53,904 nucleotides of DNA from Candidatus Eiseniibacteriota bacterium (GTDB lineage: Bacteria > Eisenbacteria > RBG-16-71-46 > CAZEPH01), in contig JBGATO010000024.1 in NCBI GenBank assembly GCA_044229145.1, positions 1-53,904 of the forward strand. Reading direction: 5' to 3'. Positions 10,217 through 20,700 of the stretch are shown here, piece after piece (within the stretch, counting starts at the first letter, position 1; each line of letters starts with the position of its first letter). The notes beneath the pieces were generated by a model. The model had not been told where the DNA came from. It worked only from the letters and a program-made list of their open reading frames with translations, and ran no database searches. Both the position numbers and the translations under genes were made by a program.

Positions 10217-11778
10217 GCCGGCCCACCACGCGCGCGGCCGGACGCCGCGCCACGTCGTCCGCGTCGTCGCGCCGCTCCCCGGCGCGCGAGACACAGGCCA
10301 CGAAGGCCGCGGCGGTGACCACCGCCGGAGGACGCCGTTCGTCATCGACTCCGCGTGCCGCCGCGCCCGCGCGCCCACCCAAGGCGAGCGCCACGACGAA
10401 GGCGGCGAGCGCGAAGACACGCGTCGCCCCGAAAGCCGTGAAGCCGGCGGCGTCCGCTGCCAAGCCGGCGAAGTCCTCCCCGCCCAAGGCCACGAAGGCC
10501 GCTCTCGCGCTGGTGAAACCGCAGGCCGCCACGAAGGCGGCCTCGCCGGCGCGCAAGCCGACGATGAAGACGTCGCTGGAGACGCTCGTCGCGTCGCAGA
10601 CGCAACTGCTCGCGACGCTCGAGAAGGCTGGCTACCTCAGCACCGCCGACGTCATGCAGCTCACCGGCCAGGAGGAGACCTTCTTCGGCGCCGGTGCGCA
10701 GCCGACGCTCGACGCGGTCGAGAAGGCGGCTGCCCTGAGTGCGCGCCTCACGTCGATGCTGAATGGCCACCGTTCGACCTCGGCGAAGAAAGCGGAGAAC
10801 ACGCTCGACGTTCTCGACGCAATCACCCGCATCTGCAACACGCGCGAGAACGCGACCGAACTGTTCGCCGCGTTGCTCGCCACACTGCAACACGCGGTGC
10901 CGTACGAGGGCGGGACGTTGTTCCTCCTCGACCCGGATACTCAGAAGCTCGAAGCGGTGGCGACCCGCGGCCGCTACACCGACCTCATCGAAGGCGTCAA
11001 CTTCCAGCTCGGCTCAGGCTTCTCGGCATGGGTGGCGCGGGAGAAGAAGCCGGTGCTGCTCGCCAACGTTCACCGCACCGTGCAGGCGGCGATTCCCGCC
11101 GTGCGCTCGTTCCTGTGCGTGCCGCTGCTGGTCCAGGACCAGTTGGTCGGCGTGGTGAACCTGAGTGACAGCAAGCCGGGCGCCTTCACCGAGGAACACA
11201 AGCGCCTGTTGACGCTGGTCGGCGCGCAAGCGGCGGGCGTGCTGCAGCGCATCGCCCTCACCCGCCAGCGCGACGTGCAGACGCTCCGCGACACGCTCAC
11301 CGGCTTGTATAGCAAGCCGCACTTCGAGGAGTGCTTGCGGCACGAGATCGAGCGCGGCAAGCGCAGCGCGATCCCCGTCTCGATCGCGGTGGTCGATGTC
11401 GATCATCTCGAGAGTCTCAACAAGTCACTCGGCCACGAAGAAGGCGACAGTCTGCTCGCGGCGCTCGGCGCGCTGTTCCGGCAGATCGCGCGCGGCTCCG
11501 ATGTGGTGGCGCGGCTGTCCGGTGGACGCTTCGCCTTCCTGCTTCCCGGCGCCGAGCCGCAGAACGCGCTGGCGGCGGCGGAACGCGTGCGGAACGCGGT
11601 GCACTCCTACGCCTTCCCGCAGCGTCGCCGGCTGACCGTGAGCGCCGGCGTGGCCACCAGTCCGCGCGACGCCGACTCCGTGCAGGAACTCTTCGAACGC
11701 GCCGACATCGCGTTGTACCTGGCGAAGAACGGCGGGCGGAATCGCGTCGCCAGCTACCCTGCCGCGAGGGCCGCGTGA
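10213..11778 (+). CDS. Lys/Ala/Pro-rich N-terminus + GAF + degenerate GGDEF-domain protein
   Basis: ATG overlaps fliA TGA; GAF ([19 protein letters not shown]), DTLTGLY, RGSD I-site, SGGRF in place of [21 protein letters not shown]. Confidence 0.88.
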   Translation: MSRPTTRAAGRRATSSASSRRSPARETQATKAAAVTTAGGRRSSSTPRAAAPARPPKASATTKAASAKTRVAPKAVKPAASAAKPAKSSPPKATKAALALVKPQAATKAASPARKPTMKTSLETLVASQTQLLATLEKAGYLSTADVMQLTGQEETFFGAGAQPTLDAVEKAAALSARLTSMLNGHRSTSAKKAENTLDVLDAITRICNTRENATELFAALLATLQHAVPYEGGTLFLLDPDTQKLEAVATRGRYTDLIEGVNFQLGSGFSAWVAREKKPVLLANVHRTVQAAIPAVRSFLCVPLLVQDQLVGVVNLSDSKPGAFTEEHKRLLTLVGAQAAGVLQRIALTRQRDVQTLRDTLTGLYSKPHFEECLRHEIERGKRSAIPVSIAVVDVDHLESLNKSLGHEEGDSLLAALGALFRQIARGSDVVARLSGGRFAFLLPGAEPQNALAAAERVRNAVHSYAFPQRRRLTVSAGVATSPRDADSVQELFERADIALYLAKNGGRNRVASYPAARAA

Positions 11779-13463
11779 GCGCACCGCGCGGCCGCATCCT
11801 GCTGGTCGACGACGCGCGTGCCACTCTGGACGCGCTGCGCGACCTCTGTCAGGACGAACTCGGGCTCGACGTCGAAACGGCGGCATCCGGCGCCGCGGCG
11901 ATGCGCGCGCTCGGCGCTGCGGCTTACGACGTCGTGCTCACCGACATCCAGTTGCCGGAAGTCTCGGGCATGGAAGTCCTGCGCTACGCGCGGCAGTCAT
12001 CGCCGGACGCCTGCGTCATCGTGATCACCGGCGCCGCGACCACCGAAACTGCGATCGACGCGCTGCGGCACGGCGCCTACGACTATCTGCAGAAGCCGTT
12101 CGATCTCTACGATGTCGCGCAGAGCATCACGCGCGGACTCGAACGGCAGCGGCTGGAGCGCGAGAACCGCGCACTGGTCGCCGACCTCAATCGCGCCAAT
12201 CACGAACTGCAGCGGCAAGAAGAAGCGTTGCAGGAGAAGGTGCGACACGCCACGCGGCAACTGCGGCTGCTCTACGACGTCGCGCAGGAAATCACGCGCA
12301 CGCTGTCGCTCGACCGCACGCTCGGCGCGATTCTCGAGAAGGCGCTCGAGGTCTCGGCGGCGGAGGCCGGCCTGTTGTACCTCACCGGCGACACCGAGGA
12401 GTCGCTCAGCTTCGCGCTGGCGCGCGGCATCGGTTCGCTGCCCGCGCACGTGCCGGCGGTGCCGGCGACGGACGGCAGCGCCATGGAAGCGCTGCGGTCG
12501 CGCGCGGTCATCGGCGGACGCGCGGTGGCGTCGCATCCCGATCTCGGTTTCGCCCTGCCGGAGTTCGACGGGCGCGACCAGTTGGTGGTGCCGCTGGTGA
12601 CGCCCGAGAAGTGCCACGGGGTGCTGGCGGTACTCGCCGCGACGGATCAGCGGTTCAGCGACGACGATCGCGCCGCGCTCGTGTTGTTCGCGGCGCAGGC
12701 GTCGATCGCCATCGCCAACGCGCAGGTCTATGAGAAGACGCGCGAACTCGACCGGCTCAAGTCCGAGTTCGTCGCCGTCGTCAGTCATGAAGTCCGCACG
12801 CCCCTGACCTCGATCAAGGGTTCCCTGGAGCTGCTCAGCGACGAGCGCTTCTTCCATCTCAACGACCGGCAGCGCGAGCTGTTCGGCATCTGCGCCGCCA
12901 ACGTCGATCGTCTGGTGACGCTGATCTCCGGCATCCTCGACTTCTCCAAGATGGAGGCCAACCGGCTCACCCTCGACATCGCGGCGACGCAGCTCCACGG
13001 CGTCCTCCACGATGTCGCGCAGCATCTGCAACCGCTGGCCACCACGCGCGGCCAGACGGTGCGGGTGCACTCGCACGCCGGCCTGCCGCTGGTCGCGGTG
13101 GATGCGCACCGCATCGGGCAGGTGCTCACGAATTTGGTGGGCAACGCGCTGAAGTTCAGTCCAGACAACTCGGAGGTCGTGATCGAGAGCTTCGAATTGC
13201 CGGACGCGGTGCAGATCGCGGTCCGCGATCACGGGCCGGGCATCGACCCGCGCGACCAGAGCAAACTCTTTCAGAAATTCACGCAACTCGACAGCCGTTC
13301 CACGCGCCGCGTCGGCGGCACCGGCTTGGGCTTGTCGATCTGCAAGGGCATCGTCGAACAACACGGCGGACGGATCTGGGTGGAGAGCGCGCTTGGCAAG
13401 GGCAGCACCTTCGCCTTCACGCTCCCGCTCGCCGAGGATGTGCAGCACGACGTGGCAGCCTAG
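11775..13463 (+). CDS. Cytoplasmic hybrid histidine kinase (REC-coiled coil-GAF-HisKA-HATPase)
   Basis: [58 protein letters not shown]; no transmembrane segment. Confidence 0.92.
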   Translation: MSAPRGRILLVDDARATLDALRDLCQDELGLDVETAASGAAAMRALGAAAYDVVLTDIQLPEVSGMEVLRYARQSSPDACVIVITGAATTETAIDALRHGAYDYLQKPFDLYDVAQSITRGLERQRLERENRALVADLNRANHELQRQEEALQEKVRHATRQLRLLYDVAQEITRTLSLDRTLGAILEKALEVSAAEAGLLYLTGDTEESLSFALARGIGSLPAHVPAVPATDGSAMEALRSRAVIGGRAVASHPDLGFALPEFDGRDQLVVPLVTPEKCHGVLAVLAATDQRFSDDDRAALVLFAAQASIAIANAQVYEKTRELDRLKSEFVAVVSHEVRTPLTSIKGSLELLSDERFFHLNDRQRELFGICAANVDRLVTLISGILDFSKMEANRLTLDIAATQLHGVLHDVAQHLQPLATTRGQTVRVHSHAGLPLVAVDAHRIGQVLTNLVGNALKFSPDNSEVVIESFELPDAVQIAVRDHGPGIDPRDQSKLFQKFTQLDSRSTRRVGGTGLGLSICKGIVEQHGGRIWVESALGKGSTFAFTLPLAEDVQHDVAA

Positions 13464-13487
13464 CGAAGCGAACCACGGCACACCACA

Positions 13488-13523
13488 CGGACGGGCGGCG
13501 ATCGTGGCATCGTCGCCCGTTCG
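13488..13523. terminator. Hairpin between convergent operons (probable terminator)
   Basis: CGGACGGGCGGCGAT-cgtggc-ATCGTCGCCCGTTCG; no clear U-tract. Confidence 0.5.
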
Positions 13524-13538
13524 CGCGTCCGGGCGCGA

Positions 13539-14308
13539 TCAGCGCGCCTTCTTGCGTAGCGCCATTTGGATCGCCAGGGCGATCACCAACAACCCGAACA
13601 CCTGCTGCAGGCGATCCGCGTGGAGCGCCGCGGCAATCGCCGCGCCGCCGAGCGCGGGCGACAGGCTGCCGCCGGCGCCAGCACCGGCACCAATCCCCAC
13701 CGCACCTGCCCGCGCTTCGTGTAGCCGACGAGTCCGCTGATCGCGGTCGGAATCACCATTGCGAGCGACGCGCCTTGCGCCTCGTGTTGCGCGACGTGCA
13801 CACCGAGCGTCAGCAACGGCACCAGCAAGACGCCGCCGCCGACCCCGAGCAATCCCGACAACGTCCCGATCAGCACGCCGATCGCCACCGACACCGCCAC
13901 CGGTGGCGTGCCGCCGCTCCCCGCGACGCCGGGCGCCAGCGGCAGCAACATCCGCACGCCGACCAGGAACAAGAACGCGGCGAACGCATACTACCGCAAT
14001 CGCTCCGGATGGAAGCGCCCGGCGATCCACGAGCCGAGCGGCGCGCCTGCCACACCGCCCACCGCCAACGGCAGCCCGAGCGCCCACGGCACCGCGCCCT
14101 GATGCGCGTAGGCGATCAACGCCGCGGTCGCCGTGAAGATCATCACCCCGAGCGAGGTGCCGTGGAGTTCGTGCTGGGTGAGCGGCCGCACCGCGCCGAG
14201 CAGCGGAATGAGCAGAATGCCGCCGCCCACGCCCAGCAAGCCGCTCAGGATGCCGGCCAGCAGGCCGACAGGAATCAGACGCACATCCACCGGGATCGAA
14301 GTCCTCAT
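13539..14308 (-). pseudogene. TSUP (TauE/SafE sulfite exporter) family membrane protein, interrupted
   Basis: Two SGLLGVGGG..L(I/V)P repeats with A/H.G.SL motifs; in-frame TAG at 13993-13991 and a frameshift near 13650-13670. Confidence 0.8.
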
Positions 14309-15261
14309 GAGGGGCGAACGCGATCGGCGGCCACGCGGGCCGCCGCCATCCGCGCGACCCTACCCCGCGCCCCGCGTGCCCGCCAGCCCCAAGCAGCAGC
14401 GCGCGTCCGCCGGAAGCGAACGCGCGCCGATGTGCCACCGCTCTGGGCGAGGCGGCTAGTGGGCGGGGCCACCGTCTCGTGGTCCATCCACGACTCCACG
14501 CGGCCCATGAGCGCGCGGACGTCGTAGGGCTTGGTCACGTACTCCGTCGCCCCGAGCGAAAGGCCGAGGGCGCGCTCACCGTCGCTGGCACGCGCGCTCA
14601 CCACCACCACCGGCACGTCCCGCACCTGCGAGTGTGCGCGGATCGACGAGAGGACGTGATAGCCGTCGACCACCGGCAGCATGAGGTCGAGCAAGACGAG
14701 GTCGGGCTGCAAGGTGCGGATGGCTTCGAGCGCCTGCGCGCCGTCGCTGGCGGCAATCACTTCATGGCCGTGCAATTCGGCGGCGGCACGCAGGATGGCG
14801 AGCAGGTCGGGATCGTCTTCGACGACCAAGATGCGGTAGGGCACGCCGTCGCGCTGCGCGGTGATGGCGTGGCTCGGGGCGAGCGCCACGGTACGGACTA
14901 CGACATCCGCGGCCTGGCGCCCGCAGACTTCGGTAAGGTGTGCGCCGCGGCCGAATGACGCATACGCGCCGTAGGTGCCGCTGCTGCTCGCCCCCGGCCC
15001 ACCGCACGCAGCGGCCGCCAGGGCCAGCATGCGTTCGCGCGCCGAGGACCCTCCGGACGACGGCGCGGTGGCGTGACCGCGATCGTCGTGCGCGGGGGTG
15101 CTGCGGGGAGCCGTGTCGGGCCGCGCCGCCTGAGGGCCCGCCTTCTCGCGGACCACACGGTAGGCGCTACGCAGGGAGCGGCGGCGGGTGCGGATACCCG
15201 GCGAAGCGTCCTCGCCGGTATGCGTCGGGTCGGGTTCGGGAACGGCCGGCCGCGCGCTCAT
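14305..15261 (-). CDS. Response regulator receiver protein with low-complexity extensions (true start may be later, near 14844)
   Basis: [31 protein letters not shown] overlaps with csrA and with the TSUP gene. Confidence 0.75.
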   Translation of the reverse strand: MSARPAVPEPDPTHTGEDASPGIRTRRRSLRSAYRVVREKAGPQAARPDTAPRSTPAHDDRGHATAPSSGGSSARERMLALAAAACGGPGASSSGTYGAYASFGRGAHLTEVCGRQAADVVVRTVALAPSHAITAQRDGVPYRILVVEDDPDLLAILRAAAELHGHEVIAASDGAQALEAIRTLQPDLVLLDLMLPVVDGYHVLSSIRAHSQVRDVPVVVVSARASDGERALGLSLGATEYVTKPYDVRALMGRVESWMDHETVAPPTSRLAQSGGTSARVRFRRTRAAAWGWRARGARGRVARMAAARVAADRVRPS

Positions 15262-15518
15262 AGCGCGCGTGGCCCCCGTCGATAGCGCAGATCCTGAGGC
15301 GGATAGCCAGGCGCCATGCGGCCGTTGCCGGGCGCGTGGCCCATGCCATTGCCGTTTTCATGCTGGATCCGCTCGAACACCTCGGCCCGATGGACCGACA
15401 CGTCCCGCGGCGCCTCGATGGCAACCTTGACTTGCTTGCCGCGGATATCGACGACGGTGATGCGGATGTCGTCGCCGATGATGATGCTTTCACGCAACTT
15501 ACGGGTGAGAACCAGCAT
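15258..15518 (-). CDS. csrA: Carbon storage regulator CsrA/RsmA
   Basis: [47 protein letters not shown]. Confidence 0.96.
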   Translation of the reverse strand: MLVLTRKLRESIIIGDDIRITVVDIRGKQVKVAIEAPRDVSVHRAEVFERIQHENGNGMGHAPGNGRMAPGYPPQDLRYRRGPRAL

Positions 15519-15581
15519 GTCGGGCTCCGTCCATGGATGTCCGAGGCGCTGTCTGCGCCACAGGAATGCGGTCGCTTGGGG

Positions 15582-15609
15582 TTATCGACCCGGAGGCCGC
15601 CCGGCTTGA
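15582..15609 (-). promoter_or_regulatory. sigma28-type promoter upstream of csrA
   Basis: TCAAG-15 nt-GTCGATAA versus consensus TAAA-N15-GCCGATAA; about 65 nt before the csrA ATG. Confidence 0.65.
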
Positions 15610-15728
15610 CCTCGCTGGACGGCGGCGCCGGCTGGGCCCGGGGAATTCTCCCCGACGCCCCCCAAACGCCGGCGCGCCGCCCGCGGGAAGCGGACGGCGC
15701 GCGACGGACTGCCCGGAAGAACCGCGGC

Positions 15729-17075
15729 CTAGTGCTTGATCTGCTCCCACCGGGTCGCGAAGTCGAAGTTCGGATCGCGCTCCGGGATGTGGCAGTTCTT
15801 GCACGTGGCTTCGGTGACTTCCTTGTACTCGCTGTGCTTGGTCGCCATGCCGTGGCACTGCTCGCACTGGACGTTGCTCAGGTGCGGGGTGGCCGCGGCC
15901 GAAATGAAGCCGCTTGGCGACTTGTAGCCGACCACGTGACACACGATGCAGGCAGGGTTCGCGTCGGCCTTGTTGTCGACGAGAGTCTGCCACGCCTTCG
16001 CGTGCTTCGAGGTCTTCCACTGGTCGTAGATCGAGGTGTGGCAACGCTGACAGACGTCGTCGCCGAGGAACCGGTCGTCGCCGGCCGGGATCGTCGGCAC
16101 CTTGCCTTGCTCGATCGCATCCTGCTGCTGCTTCTTGAGCTGCTTGTCGTTGAGGTCGTCCTCGAACTTCTTGACGATGCCGAGGATGGTCTCGTCGACG
16201 CGCATCTCCCCACCGAGCGTCACCAGCTGCACGGCGAGGTTGGTGATCTTGCGGCTGTCGTCGAGGTCGACCGTGGTCTTCGCCACGCTCTGCCCCTTCT
16301 GGCCGGATCGTGCGTACACCGGGCCCGCAGTGGACGGCGGCACGTCGCCCTGGCCGGGCGCGTGACCGACGATCACCACGTCGATGCCCTGTGCTTCCTG
16401 CGCGATCTTCTGCGCCGGGAAGTACGAGGTGTGCGCCAGCATGACGACGACATCCGCCTGCTTGCGCAGCTTCGGCACGAGGTCTTTCGCGGTGGCCACC
16501 GGGTCGAGGATCTTGACGCTGTCCGGATCGCCCGAGGGCGTGGTCAGCGCGAGGTCCGAACCGAGCACGCCGAACACTGCGACCTTCAGGCCGCTCTTCT
16601 TGAGGAGAACGAACGGCGGGAAGACGGGCTTCTTGCTGCTCGCGTACACCAGGTTGGCCGCCACCAACGGCAGCTTGTCCTGCTTGGCTTCGGCGATCAG
16701 CTTCTTCACGCCGAAGGCGATTTCCCGGTCACCCGGGCACATCGCGTCATAGCCGATACGCCCCATGAGCGAGAGCATCATGGGGAACTTCTGGACGTCG
16801 ACGTCGGACGTCGCGATACCGGAGGCATCCCCCGCGTCCAGCAAGAGGATGTCGCCGAGCGTCGCCCGCGTGCTATCTACGAAACCGGCTCGCCGAGCCA
16901 GTCCACCCGTGGGGTGAGCGTGTCAGCCACAGGGAGACAGTTCGTTGATGACGTCGGTTGTCGAGATGATGGTCAGCCGGTTGCCCACCGTCGGCTTGGC
17001 GGTCAGCGTCACCGCCGACAGCATCAGCACGAGCAAGAGCGCGAGGCTGAGCACCACGGACTGCAAGCGATTCAC
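15729..17075 (-). CDS. Secreted UshA-like (seleno)protein fused to a cytochrome c554-like tetraheme domain; in-frame TGA (16925-16923) read as Sec
   Basis: GGAGG RBS, GTG 17075 (alternative ATG 17084), signal peptide, LTIISTTDVINELSPCG*HAHPTGGLARRA...LLLDAGD in frame with track ORF 15729-16844; CQRCH, CIVCH, CEQCH, CKNCH. Confidence 0.85.
16881..16904 (-). promoter_or_regulatory. Candidate bacterial SECIS hairpin
   Basis: GGACUGGCUC-GGC-GAGCCGGUUUC, G-starting apical loop 28 nt downstream of the UGA. Confidence 0.65.
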
Positions 17076-17134
17076 CTGGAACATCCTCCGGAACTGGGGG
17101 TGAAGGCGCGGAGTGCGCCCGAAAGGGGTGCTAG

Positions 17135-17164
17135 AGCATACGATGCCGGTCCCGCCGAATGCAA
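17135..17164 (-). promoter_or_regulatory. sigma70-type promoter for the selenoprotein gene
   Basis: TTGCAT-18 nt-TATGCT. Confidence 0.5.
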
Positions 17165-17310
17165 TCGGCCACCGCAGGGTGACACTTGCGGCCGGAATCC
17201 GCCGGGCCGAATAGGTTGGAGCCCGGGGCGCCGCCCGGCGTTGCCCCCAACGCGCACCGCCGCGGCCCCATCGGACACGCGGCGGTGAGAATCGGCGTCG
17301 GAGCGCGGCG

Positions 17311-17601
17311 CTACTTCTTGACGGAGTCCTTCAGCGCCTTCCCCGGGTGGAAGGCGGGGAACTTCGAGGCAGCGATCTTGATGGTCTCCCCGGTCTGCGG
17401 GTTGCGTCCCTGGCGCGCCTTGCGCTTGCGGATCTCGAAGCCGCCGAAGCCGGTGATGGTGACCTTCTTGCCCTTCATCAGTTCGCCGCAAATGATGCCG
17501 GAGCGGTCGGTGCCGAAAATCGTCTCGACGATGGTCGCGGCCTGCTTGCGCGACAGCTTCGCCTTGGCGGCGAGCTTCTCGGTCAACTCAGACTTGTTCA
17601 T
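17311..17601 (-). CDS. hup: HU family DNA-binding protein
   Basis: MNKSEL, GFGGFEIRKRKARQGRNPQTGETIKI, PAFHPGKALKD; GAGGAGG RBS. Confidence 0.95.
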   Translation of the reverse strand: MNKSELTEKLAAKAKLSRKQAATIVETIFGTDRSGIICGELMKGKKVTITGFGGFEIRKRKARQGRNPQTGETIKIAASKFPAFHPGKALKDSVKK

Positions 17602-17658
17602 GGCGGAGATCGCCTCCTCAGGGAGCCTGCGGCGCCGGACGGCCGGCAGCGGGGGCGG

Positions 17659-17687
17659 ACGCTACTGAATGGTACCGGGAGTGTCAA
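17659..17687 (-). promoter_or_regulatory. sigma70-type promoter for HU
   Basis: TTGACA-17 nt-TAGCGT. Confidence 0.65.
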
Positions 17688-17710
17688 CGGGTTTCCCCGG
17701 ACACCGATGC

Positions 17711-20700
17711 CTAGCCGCCGAACGGCAAGCGCGGCGTGCCGATGTAGCGCGATCCGCGCTCGAAGAACACCTGCGGCAGATCCTTCACGCCGATGCGGAA
17801 GTAGTAGGTCCACACGCCGCCGGAGTTGCTGCGGCGGAACTGCGCCTCCCAGCAGTGCAGGGTGCGCACGATCGCGTAGTCCTGCGAGGTCAGCGTCCCG
17901 CTGTCGAAGTCGTAGCCGGCGCTGTAGGTCAGGTGCCAGTTGGGCGTCAGCGACATGTCGAGACTGCCCTGGGCGAACACGTTGTGGAAGCGGCTCGTGC
18001 CCGCGACCTGCGAGCGCGTCGCGCCGGCGGAGAGGCCGAAGTTCCACGGGAAGCGGCCGCCGCCGGCCGCGCGCCGGCCGCGCCGCAGGAGCCCCGACGG
18101 ATCGCCGGTGGTGTCTGCTGGCGCGGCAACGGTGTCGGCGCCCGGCGTGTCGCTCGAGCGCAGTCCATTCCACTGGCCGCTGCCCGCCAGGTTGGTGTTG
18201 AGGCTGAAGACGACGTTCCGGAACTGCCCCCATCCCGCTTGCCCCGCCCGCGGCGCCAGGTTCTCCCACGACAGATCGGCGCTCACCCGATCGATCGGCG
18301 CGACATGCATGTTCGACACGATGTTCGAGCTGAACTGGCCTTTCGCCAGGTTGTAGCTCACCGCGCTGCGCAGGGAGACGAGGTTATCCAGCTTCACCAC
18401 TTTCTCGCCGGACTTGAGCTTGAGCTGGAAGCGCTGGTCGAGACTGAAGGACACGTTCTGCAATGCCGCCGAAGCGAGGCCGACGCCCGCCTCGGGAAAG
18501 CGCGAGATGAGCCGCAGCGTGTCGGCGTTCGGGTCCTGGAACAGCTGCGCCCGCTGCGCCGGCTGCACGCCATAGGACAGCTGCGGCGACATCACGTGAC
18601 GCAAGGCGACCAGCGGCCCGATCTTGTGCAGGAAGTAGCCGTACAGGGTGGTGCCGGCGGAGAGCGACGCATTCCAGCGATCCACACCGGCCAGCGTGCG
18701 ACCAGAGAGGTCGCGCAAGTAGCGCGTGTCGCTGAGGCTGAACGACGGCGTCACGCTCACCCAGCTGAGACGCCGCGAGTCGCTAACGCTGATGTTGCTC
18801 ACCACCTGCCGGAAGCTGTGGCTGCCCGCGACGTTGGTGTAGAAGTCGCGGTAGTTGGTCGACACGCCGATGCGCGTGCTGGCCAGCGCCGGCCGCACCG
18901 CGCGCCGCCCCGGGCTCGCCGCGTGGCCGAGGAAGATGGTCGGAAACGACACGCTCAACTGCGGCCGGTACCCGGACAGCGTCCCCACCACCGGCTGGAT
19001 GCCGTTCGCCGGATCGCCCGCTTGCGCGAGGACTTGGTCGCGGCTGAAGTTGGCGGCGACTGTCGTGCCGTACCACGACTTGGACAGCTGCAGCGCGGAG
19101 GACAGCTGGCCGTTCAAGAGCCGCCGCTGATCGCCCGAGTACGACGCGTTGCCGAGCACGATCACGCTGTTCGAAAGGTTCGCCGATCCGGCCACCGAGA
19201 CGTTGCCGGGCAGCGTCTGCTGGTGGCTCGCGAAGAGCGTGTACGAGCGGTCGCCCTGCCCCGTTTGCGACCCGTAGGTGAACTGGAAGCTGCCGGAGAG
19301 CGGTACGCGGCGCACGGTGTAGCGGCCCTCGAGCCGTGCCAGGTAGTGCGCCTTGGTGTCGTAGTAGGGATTGCCCTCGTAGAAATCGAGCTTGCCGGTG
19401 GCATCCCAATATTGGCTTGCTGCCCAGTAGTAGCCGAGGTCCCGGAAGAAACGTCCCTGCGGCGCGTTGAAGCCGAAATCGAGGTTGGGGAACAGCAATC
19501 CGCTGTGACGTTCCTCGTTCACCGGAATGACGAAGAACGGCAGCGCGGCGATCGGCACGCGCCCGAGATAGAACACCACCGGCCGCGCGATCACGCGCTT
19601 GCCGACCTGGATCTTCATTGCCTTGGCCGAGATGCCGTAGTGCGGATGCGGCAGGTCGCACGTGGTGTAGACGGCGTTCTTCACCGCGTAGGTCTTGTCG
19701 TCGAGTTTGCGCATCTCCTGGCCTTCGTAGAGGCCCTTCTCGAACGTGGTGCGGCCCTCGATGATGGTGCCGCGGCCATTGCGCAGCTCGTAGGTCAAGC
19801 CGGTGCCGGTGATGACTTCGCTGCCGTCATTGAGGGTGACCTTCCCAGTGGCCTGCAGGGCCTCGGTGCGCGAGTTGAACGCGATCTCGGGCGCGGTCAG
19901 CGTCGTCTTCTCGTGCTTGACCTCGGCGCCGTCGCGCAGTGTGACGCGATCGTTCGGGACGTGGAAGACGATCCACGGCGCCTTGTACTCGACGACGTCT
20001 TCCTTCGTTGGTTCGTCGCTGGGATGGAAGCGGTACGACCCGCTGGCGTTGCCCTGCACGAGCACGAGTTCGATTTCGTTGGGCGAAAGTTCGGCGTGCA
20101 TCGAATCCCCGCGCACGTCGTTGAGCTCCGTGCGGTCGGGGCGATCCGGTTCCTCGTAGCGATACCGCGCGCGAGCCGGGGCGCCGACATCGATCGTGCG
20201 CACGTCCTCGTCGACGAACCCGACGGCGAGCCGCGCGCCTTCGAGCGTGACGGTTTCGCGGCCGCGGGCGCTGCGCTTGCCGCCGTGACCGGTGGTGTCG
20301 TGCGGCGCGGCGGCGTAGCGGATGCGCGCCACGCTGTCGCCGGCGGCACGCGCGAAGGCGCGGTCGAGATGCCGCTTCACGAAGCGCAGGTCGAGCGAGT
20401 CCGCAGCGATGTGCGATTCGTCGTCCCAGGCTTCCGGGTGCCCGGTGAGGATGGCGCGCGAGTCGGCGTCGTAGAGCACCAGCGTGTCGGCGCGCGCGCT
20501 GAACTTCTTGCGCGTCACGTGGACCGAGTCGAGCGCGGTGACGACCTTGGGATCGTTGCGGAAGCGCAGCCGCTGTGCGCGGACGAAGGTCTGCGTGCTG
20601 TCGTCCTCGGTGGCGAGGAACCGCGGCGAGCCCTCGAGCAGTCCCGCCTTCGTCTTGCGCGAGTACTGCGCGTGGGCGCCCCACACTTCGACCTTCTCCT

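Noticed and set aside
13991..13993. In-frame TAG in the TSUP gene as pyrrolysine or readthrough
   Set aside because: The same gene also has a frameshift, no pyl genes are present and the position is not a recognisable catalytic site
16923..16925. TGA as genome-wide recoding (Trp/Gly) or a random error
   Set aside because: TGA is a normal stop in many ATGA/GTGA overlaps here. Error cannot be excluded without reads, but the CxU position and adjacent hairpin favour Sec
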